Shown one piece after another: positions 50,100 through 61,903 of a DNA stretch of 64,000 nucleotides. The first letter of the stretch is position 1, and every line of letters starts with the position of its first letter. The stretch is from Fistulifera solaris. Lineage: Eukaryota. Position numbers and translations under genes: made by a program. The notes below the pieces were generated by a model that saw only the letters and a list, made by a program, of their open reading frames with translations, was not told the DNA's origin and searched no databases. The stretch spans positions 1,178,001 through 1,242,000 of the forward strand of contig AP026123.1 in the NCBI GenBank assembly GCA_030295235.1, written 5' to 3'.

Positions 50100-51261
50100 C
50101 CCTATACCCAAAAGGGGGTTACTTTTTGGACCCCCCTAAAATTTTACTACCAGGTACTGAGAAAAATAAGGGGGGGTCCAAAAAGTAACCCCTTTTGAGC
50201 AATTTTGTGTAAAACAGATCTCAGTCAATATTTTATCTTTTTTTATAAATCCAATTGCATGTAAAACGTCGTAAAAGTGGCTGTGACCGGGCAAAAATCC
50301 GATTTCCAGGGTGCTTCGCAAACCCAAAATTTGATGTTTTAAACAACGACCATTTTTTCGTCGTTTCATTTACCAAATAAAATCATGCCATGCACAACAA
50401 GAAACCAACTCCTGGTGACAATTTAGACAAGCAAAGATGGCTGGGATACGGTTGAGTACTCTAAGTCTTCATTTGAGCTCTTGACGCAGGATGAGTGGAC
50501 GGCAATAATGTTATTCTTTGCCCAACAACCGAAATACATCCAGAACAAAGACTTTGCTGCTTCGCCAGACAGATCTGTTGCATCTGCTACTCCAAATACA
50601 TTTATTGACAGTACCAGCAATCGATGGTTGTGAAATTAACGTCAAGTCATTGAAAGCTTACAAATACAGAGCAACATCAAAAGAAAATAGAATGTCCCAA
50701 AACAGCTGATTTTCTCGAGCAGAAACACGGTTGCTACAATTGACAGGTACAGAAAAAGATACCAGAGGCATCCTGCGTGCTATTAATTGAGCTTTTTTCT
50801 CGGAAGATGGCATTCAAGTATCGGTTGTTTGCTTTCTTAGAGGATCTTTGCAAACATGAAGTAAGGGCTTGAAAGAAAACGATGAACTTGGCCACTCAAC
50901 AAGCAAGAAAAGAACATGGTGATTAACCTGTATAGCCGCTATTAACTATGAAACATAGGAGACGACGTAATTCAAGCATTTATCACTAGATTCAACATCC
51001 TTTAGGTCTATCTTAGTTCTTCGTGACAAGCCTTAGCTTCGTCAAGCGGTACTGAAGCGGTACTGAAATTTCTGTCTGAGTACTATTATCGCTGGTTTCA
51101 TATAAAACTAGTACTGAAACTGGTACTGGAGTGGTACTGGAATGCTCATAATACAGTGCGTCTTGTGGGGTCCAAAAGGACCCCCCTTTGGACTCTGGTA
51201 CTGGCGACACAAATCCTACGTGAAGGGGTTACTTTTGGACCCCCCTTGGCAAAGTATAGGG
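50100..51261. mobile_element. Non-autonomous piggyBac-like DNA transposon (1,162 bp)
   Basis: Termini CCCTATAC / GTATAGGG, flanked on both sides by TTAT (50096-50099, 51262-51265); four subterminal GGGGTTACTTTTGGACCCCCC-type repeats; no intact transposase ORF. Confidence 0.85.
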
Positions 51262-51413
51262 TTATGGAGGCTTGAAAAATTATTTTGCTCCTTGTTTTTC
51301 ACCTTGGCCTTTTACCATCCTCGTTTTCTGATTTCTTATCAGTTCTTTGATCAAACATTGAACGATGACATAGCAGAGTCGAAAACGATAACTTACTGGT
51401 TGAGTGTTGGGCG

Positions 51414-52840
51414 ATGGGAGCGCTGAGTAAACAAAGGAGAGTCAGCCGGATCCGAATCCGACCGCGTCAAGTTGTGCTTGGTTTGAGTTTAATGACATGC
51501 TTTCTGTTCTATTATTCTGCATCACATTCCTCGTTACTAAGCTCTAACGAAGTAACACCAGAAAACCTCGATCATCATCATGCCTCGTCGAAAAATGAAC
51601 ACGCAGCAACTGAACACCAACTACCAAAGTGGATTCTGGACTATTTTGAGTGGCACAAAGAAGTGCGCCGGCAGTTTCCCGGATCGGAATTGTTTCAGAA
51701 CCCAAATGCGCCGCCCATCCTCATTCGAACGTGCCTTGGATTATGTGGAGGATTGAACGATAGGCTCGGTCAGCTTCCGTGGGATATCTATCTTGCCAAC
51801 CAGACGGGCCGTGTGTTGTTGATTCATTGGCACCGACCAGCGCCGCTCGAACACTTTCTTACACCCAATGAAATTGACTGGACGGTTCCACGAGATGTCG
51901 AGGGATTTTTCAATGAAGAAGGCACCATAGTATCTCGAGAAGGAATGCGCAAAGCTCGAGCTATACCAGACTTGTTTGACGGGTTCGCGAGCGCCAATCC
52001 GGAAAAGGATTTCTGGAGCGAACACTTGGATCATTCTTTGCAAAGGGCTACTAGCGGAAAATTTAAGAACGAAAAGGTTTTAAGACATCGCATTTTGGGC
52101 CACATCAATGAGGAGGAGCTTGAAGCTCGATTGAGGGCCCTCGGAGAGACCGACACAGTCCACTGGACACCATCTTTCGGAAAGATATTTTTCGCCTTTT
52201 TCAAACTCAGTGATCCTATCCAACACAAACTCGAATCTGTTTTTAGGGAACTTGGGCTGCGACCAAGAGAGTATAGCGCGGTTCACTGCCGAGTTCGTCA
52301 TCCGAAAGCCATGCCCCAATCTATGATGGTAAAAGGTAAAAACGAGGATTACCCTGCGGATAAATCTGGTCTTCCTTGGGAAGGCAAAGCGAAGGAATTT
52401 GCAATCGAGACGGCAACGAAAGCGATCAAATGTATAAAAGCGCGACTAAGAAAAAAGGAGAAGGTCTATTTCTTTTCTGATTCAAATGACTTGGTCCGAT
52501 ACATTGCGCACGATTTGCTGAAGGAGGAGAACACTGCGGTAACCACCGTGGAGAAAGAAGCCGAAGATGTTGTAAGGACCATGCACATTGTGGCAAGAGA
52601 TGCGCTTGAGGAAAACGCTCATATTGACCGACAGAAGGGCCGTGATATTCCTGCATATTATGGCACTTTTCTTGACCTCTTTCTTGCTATCCATGCTCGA
52701 TGCCTGAGCTACGGCATCGGGTATTACGCCATTTTGCGGCAAAGATTTCTGGCACGCAGTGCAAGCTATTGTATCAAGAGGAGTATTGGGGTGGGGAGGA
52801 TAATAAGAGAGCGAATAGCCGCGTCTGTCCGGTTGATTAA
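51414..52840 (+). CDS. Type II membrane glycosyltransferase, fucosyltransferase-like (GT-B)
   Basis: N-terminal TM; CGGLNDRLGQL, AVHCRVRH and VYFFSDS motifs. C-terminus (AAKISG...CPVD*) follows a frameshift near 52733. Confidence 0.7.
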
Positions 52841-53815
52841 AATCTGATGTACCAAGTACGGAAGTAGATGATGTACCGATTGTCAATGCAGGTTAGTCAT
52901 GCAATAATTGGAATTGATCTTCACTTATAGTGAACAGAAGCTACATCAATCATTTTTGTTTGCCTGGATCCTAGATGTAAGTTAGTAACCATAGTCTGTG
53001 ATGTCGTCGCTTCGTCTCGACTGTTGACCGCATAGTGGACCATTGTGCTACGTGGTATCACGTGGCTGACGTAATCTCTTTCTTGCTTTCGTCATACACG
53101 TAAGTATTGTCATGTGTTCCTCCTTCTTAATGATCTATAGTAAATAGATACATTCTTTCTACTAGAGGATTGTATGTAGTCTTGACATATGGCGTATAGA
53201 CTGTGAATGTACACGTTTCGTTTTCGCCACGTCAGTTGAGCCAGCGGCAAGCGGCAAGCGGCGATTAGAGGCGAAACATTTCCTATGGCCGAAACCTCAA
53301 ACCGAACCCTTCCCAGCGTTTCCCAACTCCCAACCACGCAAAAGGTTCGTACACTCTTCGCACACTCACACTTGCCGCGTTACTACGTCTACGATTACGA
53401 CGTCGTTCTTTTCTCCGATTTTGAAAAAGCAACGTACGTCCGATGATTTCGCACTGTATGCTTTTTTAGTGTACACCTTTTTTTGAAGAGGCCGGCGTGG
53501 CGCATTTTCGCCTTTCGTGGCGATTTTTGCGCTCTTCACCTTTGCCCGCAGACCAGGACCAAACACCCTCACAAAAAATCACGAACCCTTTTAATAGGCA
53601 TTTGACTCCTACATTAGACAATAGTATTATTACTCCTCAACAGCTGGCTGCGTTCACTTCGCCCTTTGCGGCAGTGGAAGCTTCAAAGCTCAATCAAACT
53701 TACTCTAAGAACCCTCCCTTACGCGCCATTTGCTCGTCGCGGTGAATCTGCTCGCCGATCGCCAACCGTCTTCGTTCTACGGCTTTCGCACCGACTCTTA
53801 CCGTAAGCAACAATT

Positions 53816-54322
53816 ATGGGTGTTCGAAAGCATTTACGCTGTCAAATGACACGTGCTTTCCTTGGGAACAACGCTGAGATGCCTAAGGCGATGAAGATTC
53901 AACGTGTTTATTCCTCTCCGAACGTCGAAGACTTGCAACAAACGTCAAGTGAAAGCGAGTGCGAGTCATCGTCACACATGGTGCCAAAAAGCGTACTTCG
54001 AAAGGCGGTTTCATTCACGTCGGTTGAGATTCGCGAGTATAATGTCATAGTTGGCGATCATCCATGTTGCGCTTCCGGTTTCCCCCTTACGCTCGATTGG
54101 GAATATCGAGAAGTAAGCAACATTGAGGTCGACACCTACGAAGAAGTCCGATCGCCCCGTCGTCACAAGGAGGATTTGAAAATTTCTCCTGAAGAACGCT
54201 GTCAACTGCTTACGGAGGACTGCTCTGCAGACGATTTGCGGAAAGCACAGCGTCAATTGCATCGAGCCCGCTCATGTAGTGCTAAACTTTGCGAACGCGT
54301 GAACTCTAAATTTTTCAGCTAA
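53816..54322 (+). CDS. Small protein with SVLRKAVSF/GDHP..G.PLTLDW motif (putative PP1-docking family)
   Basis: KSVLRKAVSFTSVEIREYNVIVGDHPCCASGFPLTLDWEY...R; paralogous to 49060-49686. Confidence 0.75.
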   Translation: MGVRKHLRCQMTRAFLGNNAEMPKAMKIQRVYSSPNVEDLQQTSSESECESSSHMVPKSVLRKAVSFTSVEIREYNVIVGDHPCCASGFPLTLDWEYREVSNIEVDTYEEVRSPRRHKEDLKISPEERCQLLTEDCSADDLRKAQRQLHRARSCSAKLCERVNSKFFS

Positions 54323-54649
54323 TTTGCGAATAATGAACATATAATGCGACATTTGACTCTTAGAAAGCAAGCTATAGTAGAGTGTGCTCACGTTACTAGC
54401 TCCAAACACAAAAGAATCAATAGCTTTACGATGCCAAAGTAGCGCTTTCACTTGGAAATACTACTTCACGGAAAATCCGCTAAGGCGACTCTGCAAAAGT
54501 GCCCGAAAGGAACCACACGCTTTTTGAATTGGCAGATCAGAATGCATGCTGGTGTAGCCAAACTAGACGACCGGCCCCTTTTGTCAAGCAGTAAAATCAA
54601 GCTTCTACTTTCTGGAGTGAAATAGCTCAACACAAAAACTGGGATAGCA

Positions 54650-55255
54650 TCATTCCGAATTTCGACGAGTAGCTGAGGGGCGCTTCTTTCTCCTCGCCAT
54701 TTCTCTCCCTCTATAAGGACCCGACTCAAGAACGCTTGTTGCGTGTAGTTGCATTTGCTGTCGGTAAAATTGCGCCGCTTTCGTTTTGTATCTCAAACGT
54801 ATTACGTTTTCCTTGTTGATTGCTTTGTTCTTCTTCACCACGCAATCCTCCACAGTCAAGGCGTGTCGAACAAAAAAGGTACTGAGCTGCTCATTTCCTC
54901 CTTCTAGCATCGCTATGACCTCATCCAGGTTCCATTCATCCATTTCGATCGATCGTACTTTCGATACTTGTACGCCGAGTGACCGATGATGCCCGCTACA
55001 TTGCAAGCAGACTAATGCTCCGAAACTAACAGCAGCCCATTGGGGATCACGACCACCGCAGTCAATGCATCGATCGTTGCCTTCTATGCTTTTTAACAAA
55101 GCCAAACAGGCTGGGGGAAAACTTGGATAGCTACTTAATCTTTCGGAAAGACACCTCTTTGCTTCGAGCTCGGCACTTGCCATGTCGACCAAAGGTATCC
55201 CTATATCGCTTCGTTCTCTATCATCAACGTCGTTTAATAAAACTGTCTCTGACAT
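54650..55255 (-). CDS. ArfGAP zinc-finger protein
   Basis: GNDRCIDCG...PQWAAVSFGALVCLQCSGHHRSLGVQVSKVRSI.MDEW...GGNE...RYKTKAAQFYR. Confidence 0.92.
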   Translation of the reverse strand: MSETVLLNDVDDRERSDIGIPLVDMASAELEAKRCLSERLSSYPSFPPACLALLKSIEGNDRCIDCGGRDPQWAAVSFGALVCLQCSGHHRSLGVQVSKVRSIEMDEWNLDEVIAMLEGGNEQLSTFFVRHALTVEDCVVKKNKAINKENVIRLRYKTKAAQFYRQQMQLHATSVLESGPYRGREMARRKKRPSATRRNSE

Positions 55256-56207
55256 CTTCTGCTTATATAATGTCTCTAAAGTGGATCAGAAAACAACGTC
55301 AGTCGAAAACCATGAAATGATAAACAATATATTTCACGCGCTTAGCAAACATTACAGAAAGCAGAGTGGCTCTGGAATCGTTTCTAAATTCAAAACACCC
55401 TATGTATTTGCGTACATCAATCGATTCGAGCTATTGGGCATTCTCAAAATACTCCTCTCCGAAGATTTTTCAAAGAAGCAACCGATTTGCAGAGTTTTTG
55501 ATGTCAGGTATCATTGACACTCTCCGACTTGTAACGTTCTCCGCTGTTTCAAGCGGCTTCCAGCCTCTTCGCAATGAGGAACTTACAGAGTTGAAGCAAC
55601 TGCTTTGTTTGGTTCTTCTTTTCAGATTGACAAATAATGAATATAACACTCTTTGCGGCTTTTTGACAGCAAAAATGCACGGAAGAGGCACTAAAAATAA
55701 TAATTCACGCCACAAATTACCCTTAACCGTATCGTCGTACACCATTTTTTCTACAGTACCTTATCTTGCACCTTGACGACAACTAGGTCTAGTCTGGATA
55801 AATCTAGTCTACCGAACCGTTTCTTGCAAGGCTTATCCGAGTCAAAAGTAGATTGGAGTCGATTATTCATTTGTCGATGTTGCTGCACTAGAATCAACGT
55901 AGCTCCTGCTCGCAAGGAAAATTACAGCTTATCGCTGCAGCCAAACAGAAAGGAGTTTAAATCAATCATCCATAAGGCCGATATAATAGCATGTAGCAGT
56001 TATTAGTTATAGCACAATTATGATACACGACTCCTGCTGGACTTTCATCGCATTGCTTTTAACATCGATGCTTCAGTCTGGTTAGGGGGACGAATCTAGA
56101 TTACATCTGCTCTCTTCGGCTCATGTGAACACATGAGAGCGCATATGGTTGCGTGCAGATCGTTGTATGAGATCAACTGAACCGACTGCAAAATAAGGTG
56201 TGACAAC

Positions 56208-56803
56208 TCATCTGAATCGTCCATTTAATGAGTTGACAAAGTCATCAAGAAATCTGTAAAATGATGAAATATAGTGAGCTTTGAAATCTTGATATGCTTC
56301 CTTCAATACTGCAAGAATAAGACTTACCTTTTCAGATCCGTTTCATTGTAATAGAGATCCGATGGCGATCCTTCGGACGAATACTCATGAACTTGAGTAA
56401 CAAGTTCTTCGCAGAAATGTACCAGCGAGGAGCCTCGTTTTCGAAACTCGTAGTATTCTCGTCGAAATTTGCGATAGTCTTTTTCACAATAATAGAGCTC
56501 TTGCTTTTCGTGTGGCATTGTGGCGGGCCGTTCGAATTCTGCCGTCACTAGACAGGGAGAAAACGACACACTATATGAAGCAGAATTTGAAAATGAGCAT
56601 TCTGTGGAAATAGTCGAGGCGGTCTCGTCATCTGTCGATGACTGCCCCAGAGATTCCTTGGAAAATTCGAAAGAGAAATGCTTTTCGTTGTAGGACCGTG
56701 ATTGTTCTTCCAAATCGTTCCATCCCTTCACACAATTCATCACAGCATGTCTCGCCGACAAAGATGGAAGTTGAAGTCCGATTGTATTAGCAAAATGATT
56801 CAT
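56208..56803 (-). CDS. Hypothetical protein with two V-x-F...LYY..D..RF repeats
   Basis: SVSFSPCLVT...ELYYCEKDYRKFRREY and LVHFCEELVT...DLYYNETDLKR/FLDDF; intron 56254-56327 restores the second repeat. Confidence 0.7.
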
Positions 56804-57499
56804 GTTCACCCGGCTCTGAGTTTGATGGCTACGAACGAGTTCTTCGTGGCAACTTGATGGCTAGATTTGTGAGAGCGGGGTGAGTGAACAGTCCTTGACC
56901 ATCAATAAGTTGTCCTGCATCGATTCAGTGAAATGAACATGAAGTGGAGGAAAGGAGTCAGATTTTGAAATCATGAGGTGAGCCACAACGGGAGTGTGCA
57001 AATGGTAGTACAAATCGCATCTAGTCTAAGAGATAGTGTAGACTGCATTCGTGAAAGATTGGTTCAACGTGGACATGTTCACGTGGCGATTTTAGTCCGG
57101 CACACTCGCCTCATAGAAATCCTACGAGAGCGACGGCTGTTTATTTGTCCGACCGCGCTTGCTCATCCCAAAGACGGACAATCATGACGTCACCTTTGTT
57201 CCACCGTGTCATTGACTTTTCATTGGTTGCCGTGTTTCTTCATGCACGTACGGTGAACGGACGCAATGACCGTGACTGACTCTACCCGTGATTAACTAGT
57301 GTCAATAATTATCTCAATACAAAGAAATCTGTCCCGCGTACGTTATCTCTTATCTCTAATAACGTTGCCACCAAACAAAAACAAACAATAACAAACCACA
57401 AAAAGCAATAACGCGGCAAACAAACCAACGTTTTGATTCGAACAGTAACATTGATTATAAGCGATTCAATACGATACAAAGCTTTGCAAGAAAAGAAAA

Positions 57500-58024
57500 A
57501 TGTCAGCTCGTATGCGACTTACTAAGATCATGGCGAAGGCAGGCTCGCGCAGCAAGCTGAAGCCGGCGGCCGAGCAGGCGGCAGAGCGCACAAAGTGGAA
57601 TATTGTTCGAGGCGATAAGGTAGAAGTGATTGGGAATCATTCGGAAAAGGGGAAGCAGGGAGTGGTACTGCAAGTATTACGAGACCTGGATAGGGTCATT
57701 GTGGAAGGCGTTAATTTGGGTACCAAACACATCAAAGGCGATGCGGAGAGGGGCATCAAAGCTAGGAAAGTGCAGCGCGAAAGATCAATTCCGTATTCCG
57801 ATGTGAATCTAATTGACCCTGTTACGTTAAAACCCACCCGAATCACTCGGAAGTATCTTGAAGATGGGTCCAAAGTAAGGGTTGCGAAGAAGAGCGGGGC
57901 GATCATTCCTCGCCCTGAAATTCTGAACTATCGCAAGCGTCCAGTTAGTAGCCGTGTCACGGAATCCGACACGGTGGAAGAGGATGTGTGGGAACAAACG
58001 TATTTTCCCGCTGGATCAGTATAG
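57500..58024 (+). CDS. MRPL24: Mitochondrial ribosomal protein uL24m
   Basis: KWNIVRGDKVEVI...KGKQGVV (KOW), VIVEGVNL, ERSIPYSDVNLIDP, KVRVAKKSGAIIPRP. Confidence 0.92.
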   Translation: MSARMRLTKIMAKAGSRSKLKPAAEQAAERTKWNIVRGDKVEVIGNHSEKGKQGVVLQVLRDLDRVIVEGVNLGTKHIKGDAERGIKARKVQRERSIPYSDVNLIDPVTLKPTRITRKYLEDGSKVRVAKKSGAIIPRPEILNYRKRPVSSRVTESDTVEEDVWEQTYFPAGSV

Positions 58025-58093
58025 AATAATCTGTTACAGTATGCATTGAACTCTTATGATGCTTTATTATGACTTCACTTGGTTGGGAGCCGG

Positions 58094-59839
58094 TTACGAG
58101 GATGGCTTGGTCATGAATCCCCAAAAGTATTCGTCCCAAGGGTCAGGACTTGAGCTTGCTGAACTATTGGGTAAGATATCAGTGATACGCTCGATGATAG
58201 TTCTGAGCATTTCGTATTTTTCGATTGACGCGGAATCATCCCTGTTCTGACTGAATTTGTTTGCTAGACTTGTGACAGTTTGTTGGGTACTCAGAGCAGC
58301 AGCTTGCATTCCATGTTTCAGGTCCCTATGATCGGTTCTTGCTAGGTGATGCTTCATTGCTCTCCAAAGGGCTTCACTATCCAAAAGGAGATCCGGAAAC
58401 TTGAGAGACCGAAGAAAAGTGACCAAGAGAGTCGAGCTCGGCACTGACTCTAAATCGATGGCCAGACAAACTTCTGCGACAGAGAGTACAGAAGCACAAA
58501 ACGAAACATCAAGCTGATCCGCAAATGCTAAATCAGTCTCATTTACGAATGCGGTTGCGAGTCCTTTCCAAAGTTTCGCGGATAATTTGAGAGCGCTTTG
58601 TTGGTTGAAATGCGGTGATGTGGCAAATAGCTCCATGGCATCTGATGCGATCACGGCCAAACGCACAGCACTATACACAATGTTACCACTTGATGAGGTA
58701 TCTGTGTTTTCCGAGGCTCCCAGCACACTTGGCTCCAAACTAGTACTCGCTTTGTCGGGTTCCACTTTGTGTTGAATGCGAATAGACATCGCGCTGTCGA
58801 TTTTGTCGAGAGTCAATTCGACAAGATCGTGGATATACATTTCGACTTCACTCCATAGGTGAAACATCTGCCTACTTTGTTCGTTCTTATCGGTCGAGTA
58901 TTCGTTTTGACCCATGAACGAGCCGAATACACTAGAATGCTCTCCGCTCGAATGGACAGAATCTCCGTTCGTGGCCTTACAATAAGTCATCGGCAGAAGC
59001 TGTCGGATCATCAAAGCAATCAGGTTGTGCCACAGCAAAACAGTTTCTGATGTAGATGCTTCTTCTTCATTGAACGACATTGAAGCTGTTTTGATTGCGG
59101 ATCTCAGGTCACGAAAGCAATGCGCCAGACTTTCGCCGGATTGTTGTATCGGATTATTTTCGCGAGGATTGTTGCCCGGAGAGGAGCAATATCTTCCGCC
59201 TTGACTGTTATCCTCGTATGTGTCCCAATGATGCGTAAGAATCTTCAACCAAGGCAGGCAAATTGAGTTTTCGAATGAATTCGTTTTGCTTCGCTGCATC
59301 TGATGCTCTTCTCCGTACTTCAGGATCCGACGAAGTATAGAACGGAGATGCTCCGGATGATACGATACGGTGCTCCCGGCGAGAATATCGGTAGTAGTAT
59401 TCAGTACTGTAGTTGCGAGTTCAAGCGCGTAGTCGTCGTCGAAGGGAAACTTCAACTTTGTTACCAACTGAATCAAGCTGTTCTGCAACTTGTGCGAAAT
59501 CGGGAAAGCGTCATGTTGTGTGTGACTTTCTACAGCGGAGTATCTCTCCTGTATTTCCTGAATTTGTGTCAAGCATCGATGCAAATGCCGTAAGCATCGA
59601 CGCAAACTATGACGCTCCGACTGGTGATGCGGAAAAACTTCGTTGACGGCTTTCTCGATATCCGAAACGGAGCACAAAACACCGGAATTCGGTCGCAATT
59701 GCTCATCGCTCAGTAGGCCATCGAGACTGGTAAGTTCTTCAATCAATACAGTTAGTTTCACTTCCAGAGGCTCCATGTTGATCGTACTGCGCCTCCTTCG
59801 GTAACCATGGACGAAGAATGAAGACGGCGTTTTTGTCAT
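58094..59839 (-). CDS. Hypothetical protein
   Basis: Uninterrupted 581-aa ORF; no recognised motif. Confidence 0.65.
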   Translation of the reverse strand: MTKTPSSFFVHGYRRRRSTINMEPLEVKLTVLIEELTSLDGLLSDEQLRPNSGVLCSVSDIEKAVNEVFPHHQSERHSLRRCLRHLHRCLTQIQEIQERYSAVESHTQHDAFPISHKLQNSLIQLVTKLKFPFDDDYALELATTVLNTTTDILAGSTVSYHPEHLRSILRRILKYGEEHQMQRSKTNSFENSICLPWLKILTHHWDTYEDNSQGGRYCSSPGNNPRENNPIQQSGESLAHCFRDLRSAIKTASMSFNEEEASTSETVLLWHNLIALMIRQLLPMTYCKATNGDSVHSSGEHSSVFGSFMGQNEYSTDKNEQSRQMFHLWSEVEMYIHDLVELTLDKIDSAMSIRIQHKVEPDKASTSLEPSVLGASENTDTSSSGNIVYSAVRLAVIASDAMELFATSPHFNQQSALKLSAKLWKGLATAFVNETDLAFADQLDVSFCASVLSVAEVCLAIDLESVPSSTLLVTFLRSLKFPDLLLDSEALWRAMKHHLARTDHRDLKHGMQAAALSTQQTVTSLANKFSQNRDDSASIEKYEMLRTIIERITDILPNSSASSSPDPWDEYFWGFMTKPSS

Positions 59840-60130
59840 TTTTGTGGTGCGAAGATACGGTGGGGCTTTATGTACTATGTGAGTTTGTGTGGATTTCTGT
59901 AGAGGTGCGGTATCCGTTCGCTTATTCCCGCACCTTCAGCAGCTAGCAGAAAGCACCAGTGCGACAAGTATTTCATTCGCGCCAAAAATAATACGGAGTA
60001 GTCACGAGCTGCGTGTTGGAGACGTTATTGGCCGCAGCGCAGCGGATGCCGGATACGCCACGGGCACCGTCGCGTCGACGCGAGGGTCACAAAAATTGGA
60101 GGCTGGCGTAGCACAACAAGCTTGCGAACC

Positions 60131-61220
60131 ATGGCGAAAATCAGCGGAACTGTGAAGTGGTTTTCTAACAAGAAAGGTTTCGGCTTTCTTGCGCCCACTT
60201 CAGAGAATGCCCCGACCAGTGATGAGATCTTTGTGCATCACTCGAGCCTGCAGATGGTCGAAGGGGCATACCGAACTCTCGTAAGTCCAAACGGAATCTC
60301 GATTATAGGAACCTCGCATTTTCTCCTTTGTTGTACTTTCATCGGCATAGTTGCGCCTGTTTGGTAGAACGTGAGACCCATGAGAATTCCATCTGTTTTT
60401 GCAATCGGTGAAATGTGTCGAACTGACATTTTCAATCTTTTCTTATGCTTGTCGATTATTTGCTTACCAGGCTGAAGGATCCGAAGTAGAGTTCGAAGTT
60501 GAGAAGGATGACAGTGGAAAATTGAAAGCCATTAACGTGACGGGTAAGGATGGAGCTTTGTTGGAGCCGCCTTCGCGCGATAAGAAGCGAATTCGCAAGC
60601 CAAAGGCTGGAGGCAACTCGGGAGATGAAAAGCCGAGTGCGAAATCGGACAAGCCGAACGGTAAAGGAAAGGGAGAAAAGAAGGCCGCCCCAGCCCGTGA
60701 ACCTCCGTTTCACTCGGTCATTCCTGACGATTTGAAGGCCAAAATCAGTGAGAAAGGCGTCAAGCTCGTTAGAAACACAGTCGACGTAGCCTTGGGTGGC
60801 TCGAGAATTAAGCTTGGCCAGGGCGGATATGCGAGCCTTGTTGATGCTAAAGGTGTAGTCGGCGAGGGCTCTTACACTTGCGACGAGTCTGCCAAAATCA
60901 CCTTTAGCTGGGAGAAATCCTTGGTATTTGAAGGGGGGAGCGTGGAAATTAGGCGATGTCTCGAAGCTGTTGGGATCACTTTCGCTCGCTGATGGTAAGA
61001 TTGTTTGTCTTTAATTGCGCCATTGAATTGTGTTTACTGACAGTCTTTCCTCCCAAAAGATGCGATTACGACAGTGGGGGCTGACGAAACTCCAGAGAAG
61101 CTCTGGGGAAGCGATAAGCCCGACCCGAAGGACATGTTTGCGGAGCATGGTTTCAAAATGAAGAAGGTGATTCTTTCTCGTCCCCGAAGCAGTCGTTATC
61201 GTGGTAACAAGTCAGAATAA
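60131..61220 (+). CDS. Cold-shock domain protein
   Basis: GTVKWFSNKKGFGFL, EIFVHHSSL, YRTL/AEGSEVEFEV...KAINVTG. Introns 60281-60470 and ~60995-61059; frameshift at the G-run near 60935. Confidence 0.9.
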
Positions 61221-61903
61221 ATCTTTATTAAATATTAAGTTACAGATAAGTACTGTCTAAGCAATTGTGGAGAAGCGTTACCCACTTAGGAGTTAAAGAC
61301 TACTGCCGACTGATAGCCAATTTGCCTCGGAACTACGGAGTAAATTTTCAAACCCCCTCGATGATTGATTGTTGCAAGAATGTCAAAGTAAATTCAGATC
61401 GCCAGTTGCTAGTGAAACGCCTATCACGCTTAGAAGAGTGGCGCACATTCACACTTTGCACTAATTGATAGGTGTTTGACTATCTTATGAGCCAAAAGCC
61501 ACGCCTTGTAGCGCTTGTACTGTAGTTGCTGTCGCCCTAGTCCCTAGCTAGCTAAATTTCAAATTCGTTTGTCGTAGTGGGATTTTGTTCTTCATTAGCC
61601 CCAAACACAATCCTAAATATTTATTCCTAATTTAATTTTCCTGAATTGATTTCCCCTTGGTTGGCATGTGCGATTGATGACCACGACTATAAAGAGCAGA
61701 GTAGGAAATGCGAACCCTAAATTCTGGCCGGACAACGAAAAAGGGGCGGAGAACGGAAAGATTTCAGGTGCATCGTTCCGATGATAAAAGCAAACTATCA
61801 CAAAGCAGCGAAGATTGTATTCGGTTTGGTTTCTTTTGCAGAGAAATCGGAGACGTTTCTTGTAAAATCAATCACATTCCACATTCTTTGAAGGCAATCA
61901 ACA

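Noticed and set aside
50380..50970. Transposase ORF inside the piggyBac-like element
   Set aside because: Only short stop-interrupted frames; no DDD catalytic motif recognisable by eye.
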